A stretch of 16,409 nucleotides of DNA. Origin: Promethearchaeota archaeon (lineage in GTDB: Archaea; Asgardarchaeota; Lokiarchaeia; Sigyniarchaeales; SOKP01). The notes below the pieces were generated by a model. The model had not been told where the DNA came from and ran no database searches. It saw only the letters and a list, made by a program, of their open reading frames with translations. The translations under genes were made by a program, and so were the position numbers. The first letter of the stretch is position 1. Every line of letters begins with the position of its first letter. The stretch is from assembly GCA_048940645.1 (NCBI GenBank), contig JBHLOI010000069.1, positions 1 through 16,409 of the forward strand, in the 5' to 3' direction. This document shows positions 1 to 6,501 of the stretch, one piece after another.

Positions 1-1692
1 AAAAGTTGTTAAAAGTCCCAAAAAGCCTTGGTATGGTGCAAATGTACAAACTATCATGACAAATAATACCGCAGCAATTAGTGTACCCGCAATAATATTG
101 CCTGTTTTCTTATAAGTATAGACTGAAACGCCAGCGATGAGTAAATTAAGAGGAATCGCAATTGGTATCATTACTCCAAAAAAGAATAAATTGCCCATCA
201 ATGCGCTGATTAAAAGGAGATATACCGCTATATAGATTAAAAGTACCCCGAATTGGATGAGGATTGCTTTTAGAGTGCCTTTTTTTGTGTTTTGAATTTT
301 AGATTGAATAACAAATTGGAAAAGAATGCCAAATACTAAGAACAGCAGAAATGTTATTACAAAATAGATTGCCACAATCCACGCTTTCGAAATAGAAGGA
401 ATCATTCCCACATAATTTAATCCTATGGAAGAATATAAAACTAGATATAGCAGTGTAATTAGTATAAAACCATATAGAATTGATTTTCCGATATTCGAAA
501 TTGGACTTTCGAAGGGGGTTTTTAACATTTTTAGTAGAGAGATATTATTCTTTTTGCCGAGTCTCCAAAGTAGTATTAATATTCCAAATATTTGACCGAA
601 AAGCAGCGTGAGAACAAAGCCTACTATTGCCAATGGGATAGGAATAAAAATCCAAATAATTATAAATACTCCCAATATCCCTAACGGAATTGAATATATT
701 AATGATTTAATAGCTATTTTATTGGCAGAAACTTCTCTGATTTCGATTTTTAATTTTTCTTCGGTATCTTTATTATTAAATTTCATAAGTTTTGAAATAG
801 GTTCAATTAACATAATAAATAATCCAATCCCTCCAATCACTTGAATGACTAGGATAAATAATCTAATATTGCCATAGAAATTCTCATCTGGAGTATTTGT
901 GTCTGGAAAAGTGTTTATTATCCAATCCCGTGCTTGTCTGGTAAAATCTGTATCCCATGCGACTGCTAAATGATTACTATTATCATCTAAATATATTTTT
1001 GTTGCGTTTCCCGTCTCAAATGATCCATATAATTGATTTGCATCTATTAAAGAGGCATCCAATCCCGTCCTTTGTGCCACTGCAGCTTTTAAATCATCTA
1101 AATCTTGGACTTCATCAAATTTTGCTTTAATCATAAGTACATTCAAGGGATCCGTGGAATTACCTTTACGAATATTACCTAAACCTGTTCCAACCCCAAT
1201 AAACGCTTTAAAATCAGTGCTTTGATTTACAATCAAATTTCCAGGACCTCCCCCCATACTATAGCCGATATATGCAAGATTATTTATATCGATGTCTGTG
1301 CGACTATTTAAATAATCAATTATAGCTTCTACATCATTAATAAGGTTTCCTCTTTCTAAACTCCCAGTACTCTGCCCATGTCCTCTAAAATCAAAGGGAA
1401 TAGCCACAAAACCTGCAGTCGCTAATTCTAAAGCATAACCTTTCATCATTTCCTTATTTGCCATAAATCCATGACCTATTATAACTGCTTTTTTATTTGG
1501 TTCTGCACTTTTTCTCGGCTCAAAAACATTGAAAGAAATAATTACTCCATCTGTTGTTTCTACTGAGAGATTATACGATGCTTTCACACTCAAAGGCGTT
1601 ATAAAAATAAAGATTGTACCAATTACAAACAATGCTAAAAAAACAATTATAAGTAGAGTCTTTTTATTTATTTTTAAATTCTTTAAATTCAT
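1..1692 (-). CDS. Membrane-anchored alpha/beta hydrolase with N-terminal TM/signal anchor and C-terminal multi-pass membrane domain (3' end runs off the window)
   Basis: Hand translation from the ATG at 1692 stays open to position 1 (564 codons). N-terminus MNLKNLKINKKTLLIIVFLALFVIGTILFF; motifs IIGHGF (oxyanion region), FDFRGHGQS, nucleophile elbow GYSMG, candidate Asp (KFDE) and His (SNHL); then about 8 hydrophobic segments. Not in the ORF track because there is no stop in the window. Confidence 0.9.
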   Translation of the reverse strand, partial: MNLKNLKINKKTLLIIVFLALFVIGTIFIFITPLSVKASYNLSVETTDGVIISFNVFEPRKSAEPNKKAVIIGHGFMANKEMMKGYALELATAGFVAIPFDFRGHGQSTGSLERGNLINDVEAIIDYLNSRTDIDINNLAYIGYSMGGGPGNLIVNQSTDFKAFIGVGTGLGNIRKGNSTDPLNVLMIKAKFDEVQDLDDLKAAVAQRTGLDASLIDANQLYGSFETGNATKIYLDDNSNHLAVAWDTDFTRQARDWIINTFPDTNTPDENFYGNIRLFILVIQVIGGIGLFIMLIEPISKLMKFNNKDTEEKLKIEIREVSANKIAIKSLIYSIPLGILGVFIIIWIFIPIPLAIVGFVLTLLFGQIFGILILLWRLGKKNNISLLKMLKTPFESPISNIGKSILYGFILITLLYLVLYSSIGLNYVGMIPSISKAWIVAIYFVITFLLFLVFGILFQFVIQSKIQNTKKGTLKAILIQFGVLLIYIAVYLLLISALMGNLFFFGVMIPIAIPLNLLIAGVSVYTYKKTGNIIAGTLIAAVLFVMIVCTFAPYQGFLGLLTTF

Positions 1693-1839
1693 TTTTATCC
1701 CACTTTAAGAGATTTTATGGTATGTATATTTGTTTTTGTAATTTATAAATATAATTTTTTAATCAAATTATAGATTTAAATTATACGGCAGATATCGATA
1801 GCTTGAAAGAAATCCATGAATTAAATAAGTGCCAGAAGA

Positions 1840-2020
1840 ATGATAGAATTCTGTGAAGGTTTTGAACTTGAAATAGCTGGAGATTCTAATTTGGGAGATT
1901 GATGCTCAAGGTACTACTACGTACATTGTGTATGGAGATACGTACGATGTAAACACTACTGGTGGAATTCGACTTGCCGATATTGACTAAGAAATTCAAA
2001 TACTGTTTTCTGGCTCATGA
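1840..2020 (+). pseudogene. Possible degraded gene fragment
   Basis: More GC-rich than its flanks. Reads MIEFCEGFELEIAGDSNLGD* (1840-1902) and, in a shifted frame, WEIDAQGTTTYIVYGDTYDVNTTGGIRLADID* (stop 1988-1990). Protein-like but broken. Confidence 0.3.
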
Positions 2021-2155
2021 GGAAAAATTGCATGTGCACTCTTTTCGAATAGCATTAGTTTTGCTTTTGATATTAATTCAGCTAATATTTCACCATTTTT
2101 GGGAGGAACAGTTATATCTTGAATCAATTCAACTCCTATAATTTTTTTCTTTTGT

Positions 2156-2183
2156 AAAAAATCCTACCTTGTGGTTTTAAATA
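2156..2183 (+). promoter_or_regulatory. 28-bp upstream element, copy 1 (AAAAAATCCTACCTTGTGGTTTTAAATA), ending in a TATA-box-like TTTAAATA
   Basis: 25/28 identical to 12951-12978. Ends 124 nt before the ATG at 2308. TTTAAATA fits the archaeal TATA consensus. Confidence 0.65.
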
Positions 2184-2231
2184 TTTACAAAAGGCAATTT
2201 TCTTTAATAAAATCTAATAAAAAATTTTCTT

Positions 2232-2252
2232 TGTAAGGTGTCAAACCTTACA
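2232..2252. promoter_or_regulatory. Perfect 8-bp inverted repeat TGTAAGGT-N5-ACCTTACA (operator or leader hairpin)
   Basis: Arms at 2232-2239 and 2245-2252, between the 28-bp element and the start at 2308. Confidence 0.5.
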
Positions 2253-2307
2253 GGATTTAATTTTTAAATGGGAAATCCAATTTACAGATATGTATATGTG
2301 ATTAAAA

Positions 2308-4053
2308 ATGAGTAGAAAAAAATATATTATTTCAACTGTAATTGCTGCTATTATAATTACAGGAGCAATATTATTAGTGATTTATAATCCTTTTCAAACC
2401 CCAACTCAACCACCAGCGCCACCCACCTTTGATTTATCTATTACATCACATGAAAACAATTCATTAGTAAAGTCCTCAACTGTAATTATTAGAGGAAGTA
2501 GCTCAGGTTCCCCTGATATTGATGACATTTTAGTGAATGGTCAAAATGCTATAAGTTTGGATTCGAATTTTAAGAAATGGGGAGTAATTATGAATTTAGG
2601 ACCTGGATTGAATCAAATTTTAATAGATATTAAGTATAATATAACTGAAAAAACTGAAAATGCTGCAGAAATTTGGATCAATGCTGATACGAATCCTTAT
2701 CCAAAAGATTTAGATTGTCCTGATTCTAATTGTCTAGATACGAATAATGATGGCTTGGATGGCATGTGTGATAATGCAATTTTTATTTGTCAGGATGGTT
2801 CTGATTTAAATACAGGCGATATTTCGCATCCAATGGCAAGCATTATCGAAGGAATTGCTAAAGCAAATAAAAGCGGAAAAGATGTCTATGTTTCTGAGGG
2901 AATTTATAATGGAACTGTGGAAATGATTGATGGAATTAGTATTTATGGAGGTTTTATTAAATCAGATTTATGGTCAAGAGATGAGTCTGTTCATCCAATC
3001 ATAAATTCAACAAAAGAAGTGAATAATAAAATCATTGGAATCAAAGCTCATAATATCCATTCACCAACATGTTTAGATACTATAGAAATAATTACTGGAA
3101 ATTCTACTAGTGGAACATCTTGTGGGATCTGGTGTTATAATATCACTGATTTCATGCTTAGCATAAATAATTGCATAATTCATGCAGGAAATGGTGGAGA
3201 TGGCGTTAATGGCGCTAATGGCGCTAATGGTCAAGCAGGTAGCGCTGGAAATAATGGAGTGTTTGCAACTGGCGGGGCAGGGGGCACAGGGATCAATAAT
3301 GGCGGTACTGGTGGATTAGCAGGGGCAAATCCGCCCATCCTCCCGGGACTTCCTGGAGGCAATGGAGCAGGGCCAAGCGGTGGTTCTGGCGGTGCTGGAG
3401 GTCCCCTTCTCCCTCTCCCTGGTCCAGGGGGTGCTGGAGGTAATGGTGGTAATGGAGTTAATGGCGGTAATGGTGGAGTTGGAAATGGATATGGTACAAT
3501 TGTAAATAATTTTTGGTATGGTTTTGATGGAAATAGTGGTGGAAATGCTGGTCATGGAAGTGGTGGCGGTGGCGGAGGAGGAGGAGCATGCAATCCACTT
3601 GTGATTTCTGCTGGTGGCGGAGGCGGTGGAGGAGGTGGTGGTGGACAAGGTGGCCTTGGAGGTGCAGGAGGTACAAGTGGTGGTGGTTCAATTGGTATTT
3701 TACTGGTGGAAGCTAATATCACTTTTACTCATAATACGATATTTACTGGTAATGGTGGTAATGGTGGTAATGGCGGTGCTGGTGGTATAGGAGGTTCTGG
3801 GGGTGCTGGAGGCGTTCCGGGAGCACAAGCACTGGGATTTGCAGGAGGATCAGGAGGAAAAGGTGGTAACGGCGGCAATGGTGGAGCAGGAGGCGGGGGT
3901 GCTGGAGGTTTATCTTTCGGTATTTATTGTTATAACTCGGATTCCTCAATCAGCTATATTGTATATACTATAGGTACAGGGGGATCAGGAGGTACAAGCT
4001 CCGGAAATAATGGAAATCAAGGAGGATCAGGATATATCTATATTTTGGTTTAA
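2308..4053 (+). CDS. Membrane-anchored/exported glycine-rich surface protein: TM anchor, Pro linker, Ig-like domain, DUF1565-like/right-handed beta-helix region, PGRS-like Gly-rich region
   Basis: ORF track, 581 aa. Basic N-terminus plus hydrophobic helix; PTQPPAPP linker; ITSHENNS...VIIRG...ILVNG...LGPGLNQILI (Ig-like, glucodextranase-B type); acidic Cys segment DCPDSNCLDTNNDGLDG; IFICQDGSDLNTGDISHPMASIIEGI...VYVSEGIY...ISIYGGF (beta-helix N-cap); long GGxGGxG runs. Confidence 0.85.
   Translation: MSRKKYIISTVIAAIIITGAILLVIYNPFQTPTQPPAPPTFDLSITSHENNSLVKSSTVIIRGSSSGSPDIDDILVNGQNAISLDSNFKKWGVIMNLGPGLNQILIDIKYNITEKTENAAEIWINADTNPYPKDLDCPDSNCLDTNNDGLDGMCDNAIFICQDGSDLNTGDISHPMASIIEGIAKANKSGKDVYVSEGIYNGTVEMIDGISIYGGFIKSDLWSRDESVHPIINSTKEVNNKIIGIKAHNIHSPTCLDTIEIITGNSTSGTSCGIWCYNITDFMLSINNCIIHAGNGGDGVNGANGANGQAGSAGNNGVFATGGAGGTGINNGGTGGLAGANPPILPGLPGGNGAGPSGGSGGAGGPLLPLPGPGGAGGNGGNGVNGGNGGVGNGYGTIVNNFWYGFDGNSGGNAGHGSGGGGGGGGACNPLVISAGGGGGGGGGGGQGGLGGAGGTSGGGSIGILLVEANITFTHNTIFTGNGGNGGNGGAGGIGGSGGAGGVPGAQALGFAGGSGGKGGNGGNGGAGGGGAGGLSFGIYCYNSDSSISYIVYTIGTGGSGGTSSGNNGNQGGSGYIYILV
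3190..3910 (+). repeat. Low-complexity Gly-coding (GGN) tract with short 9-bp tandem units
   Basis: ATGGCG(T/C)TA units at 3200-3230 and GGTAATGGT units at 3748-3777; GC content is locally high. Confidence 0.8.
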
Positions 4054-4070
4054 AAAATTTAATTTCTAAA

Positions 4071-4089
4071 TTTTTTTATTTTTTTTTTT
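4071..4089 (+). terminator. Oligo-T archaeal-type terminator after the Gly-rich gene
   Basis: T7-A-T11 tract starting 17 nt after the TAA ending at 4053. Confidence 0.6.
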
Positions 4090-4250
4090 ATGTAGTTTTT
4101 TAAAGAATTCCTCCTCTAAGTTAATTTGAATTAACATTATTCATATTAGATTTTTCCATGTGGTATTAATTGAATATATTAAAATTTGTTTGAAAAGAAG
4201 GATTATTTATATTGATAAAATTTTTATACAAAGATGACAAAAATTTTAAT

Positions 4251-4274
4251 GTTATCCTTTCTAAGTTATCCTTT
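4251..4274 (+). promoter_or_regulatory. Direct repeat GTTATCCTTT x2 (14-nt period) just before the regulator start codon
   Basis: Exact copies at 4251-4260 and 4265-4274; ATG at 4280; TATA-like TTTTTATA at 4221-4228. Confidence 0.45.
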
Positions 4275-4279
4275 TAACA

Positions 4280-4996
4280 ATGGGATTTGATATGTCAATT
4301 CTTACTTTGGGTCATCCCAGTGTCCAACAAGTATTAGAGATCGCAGAAGAACTTGTACGTGAAAATAGGGTTTTAAACACTAGAATTATTTATAACAGAG
4401 CAAAACACAGATTAAAGATCCCTAGGAATGGTTTATTAAAAATCATTCAAATGCTCATTGATAGGCATATCTTAATCAATGGATCCCACTTCACTCGGGA
4501 GTCGGTGCTCTCTAATGAGATGAGAAATTATATATATGAGATCATCAACTCGGAACTCGGAATACATTTCTCCGAAATTAAACGAAAGATTGATACCGTA
4601 AGCGAGATAAGCACTGGACAACTGATTTGGCATTTAGAGATGCTCTTAAAATTTGGGCTCATCAAAAAAATCAAATTTAAAAATTACTCCATATTTCTTC
4701 CGATAGAAATTGAGGATCAATTGGGTATAATTTATTTTTTGTTAAGAGATGAATTAAATCGAAATATCTTGAGATTATTAGCAAAAAATGGTCGCATGCA
4801 AAAGTCTTCATTATATGAGGATTTGAAAGGAGATAGAGAAAAGTTATATTACCATTTGAATGTACTCAAGGACAATGATATCATCATGACAAAAGAAGGA
4901 GAAGAGGATTTATTTTACATAGTTCCTGAATTAGAACAACTCATAAAGAATGTATTTAAAAATACCTACATACAAACTACACAGAGGGAGATATAA
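4280..4996 (+). CDS. Winged helix-turn-helix transcriptional regulator: double-HTH archaeal type (COG3398-like) with an extra N-terminal wHTH-like domain
   Basis: ORF track, 238 aa. NEMRNYIYEIINSELGIHFSEIKR...STGQLIWHLEMLLKFGLIK and RDELNRNILRLL...DREKLYYHLNVLKDNDII are ArsR-like wHTH units. Paralog of 12054..12869. Confidence 0.85.
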   Translation: MGFDMSILTLGHPSVQQVLEIAEELVRENRVLNTRIIYNRAKHRLKIPRNGLLKIIQMLIDRHILINGSHFTRESVLSNEMRNYIYEIINSELGIHFSEIKRKIDTVSEISTGQLIWHLEMLLKFGLIKKIKFKNYSIFLPIEIEDQLGIIYFLLRDELNRNILRLLAKNGRMQKSSLYEDLKGDREKLYYHLNVLKDNDIIMTKEGEEDLFYIVPELEQLIKNVFKNTYIQTTQREI

Positions 4997-4999
4997 AAG

Positions 5000-6286
5000 A
5001 TGGAATTAAATTGGACTCTTGAAGTAATAGTGACGTTTATATCAGGCACAATTACGCTAGTTACCTCTATATTGACCTTTCGTTCAAAAGAAATCAGTAA
5101 GATTCGCTCCATCTTCTATTTAAGGTTAGTTTGGTTTTTTGGTACTTTATTTTTTTACTTTGAAGGATTATCTTATTTGTTGCTAAGCATTCCCATTAAT
5201 CAAATACACACTCTACTTTTCATCCCTCCCACAATATTTATGATATGTTCCATCAATTATATTGCCGAAGAAACTATCTATTCAAAGAATCTGTTCCCTC
5301 TTATAGGAGTTGCGATCCTATATATTTATTTAGTATTTCAACCTGAATCATTTATAATATCCTATGATTATGGCTTTTATACTATTAGGTGGATGGGTAT
5401 ATTTGACATTGTTGCTACAATTTTTCAAGTTATTCCAATGATTTTTTTATTTATATGGGGGTATAGAACTTGGAAAAATGCACCTTTCCTTATTAAACGA
5501 GAGGCGTCCATATTTTTCTCTGCCACTCTTTTAGCCTCTGTGGGTTCGTTAGCATTTTCTTCATTAACATTCTGGTTCCATCCTTTCATTATGGCTTCAA
5601 ATTTAACGTTCTCTATAGGTGTTTTGACTTTTTCTATTGTATTAATAAAACAACCGAAGCTTCTCTATATATTACCTTTTACTTTATGTAGGATTTCTGT
5701 TAAAGATCGAGGGGGTAATCCCTTATTCGATCATGACTGGTCAGAATCAAAAGTAAGCGAATTGGTCTTTACTGGCTTTATTAACGCCGTACAACTCATG
5801 AGTGAGGAGATTATACGAATGGGAGGATTGTTAGATATTCACGTTCAAGAAGGAATTGTGATAATGCATGAATCTGAACAAGTGACAGTCGGTTTAGTCT
5901 CATCAAAATCCTCACAAGCAGTACGAGAATCTTTAGTAAACTTCACGAGGGATTTTGAAACAATGTTTCAAAGACAATTGAAAGCAAAAAATATTAACAT
6001 GAAAGACTACGAAGCGGCATATACATTGATTGATAAACATTTTTCTAATTTTCCTTCACGGCTTATTCGTAGCGATCGTCATCCATTACTCTTAAGTCCT
6101 AAATATATTGAGATTCCCCACATATTGGATAATAAATTGAGATCTATTTTCCCTGATGAACAAGAATATGAACGTATAAAAGCAGAACTAATGAAAGCCC
6201 CTCTCTTCACTACAGAGGAGTTTCTTGATTTATACAACCAACTCAAAGATGAAGTAGAGAAATTAGAAAATAACTCAGAAAAATAA
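5000..6286 (+). CDS. Seven-transmembrane protein with C-terminal cytoplasmic longin-like domain
   Basis: ORF track, 428 aa; starts after a 3-nt gap from the regulator stop. Seven hydrophobic segments in aa ~6-215, then RISVKDRGGNPLF...LVFTGFINAVQLMSEEII...GGLLDIHV...VIMHES...VGLVSSK...LVNFTRDFETMF (beta-beta-alpha-beta-beta-beta-alpha pattern). Confidence 0.75.
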   Translation: MELNWTLEVIVTFISGTITLVTSILTFRSKEISKIRSIFYLRLVWFFGTLFFYFEGLSYLLLSIPINQIHTLLFIPPTIFMICSINYIAEETIYSKNLFPLIGVAILYIYLVFQPESFIISYDYGFYTIRWMGIFDIVATIFQVIPMIFLFIWGYRTWKNAPFLIKREASIFFSATLLASVGSLAFSSLTFWFHPFIMASNLTFSIGVLTFSIVLIKQPKLLYILPFTLCRISVKDRGGNPLFDHDWSESKVSELVFTGFINAVQLMSEEIIRMGGLLDIHVQEGIVIMHESEQVTVGLVSSKSSQAVRESLVNFTRDFETMFQRQLKAKNINMKDYEAAYTLIDKHFSNFPSRLIRSDRHPLLLSPKYIEIPHILDNKLRSIFPDEQEYERIKAELMKAPLFTTEEFLDLYNQLKDEVEKLENNSEK

Positions 6287-6289
6287 TTA

Positions 6290-6298
6290 TTTTTTTTT
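6290..6298 (+). terminator. Oligo-T terminator candidate after the 7TM-longin gene
   Basis: T9 run just after the TAA ending at 6286; more T tracts at 6326-6340. Confidence 0.45.
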
Positions 6299-6501
6299 CC
6301 TGAAAATTATTCATATTACATTTAATTTTTTTTCCATTTTCAAATAAATAAGGTAGTATGATGTAAACTTTTTTAGAACATTTCTCTCATATAAGAGATC
6401 TTTATTGAGAAAACAATTCATTAGACACTAAATTTAAAACCATAATTAGCTTAATAAATTCATAAGGTTATTATCCAAATCAAACTAAATCAGATGAATA
6501 C

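Noticed and set aside
608-844. 78-aa plus-strand ORF
   Set aside because: Antisense shadow of the TM-coding part of the 1..1692 minus-strand hydrolase gene.
3316-3949. Three minus-strand ORFs (Ser/Thr-rich and His-rich)
   Set aside because: Reverse-complement artefacts of GGN/GGT glycine codons; the poly-His appearance is not evidence of a metal-binding protein.
2308-4053. Calling this a true PE-PGRS protein or a collagen
   Set aside because: No N-terminal PE domain, and the repeats are mostly GGx with interruptions rather than a long Gly-X-Y triple-helix pattern.
4120-4135. Inverted repeat GTTAATT-TG-AATTAAC
   Set aside because: Short and almost all A/T; expected by chance in this composition.
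5000-5660. Rhodopsin or bona fide GPCR
   Set aside because: No retinal-binding Lys in the middle of TM7 and no DRY/NPxxY motifs; a 7TM count alone does not show homology.
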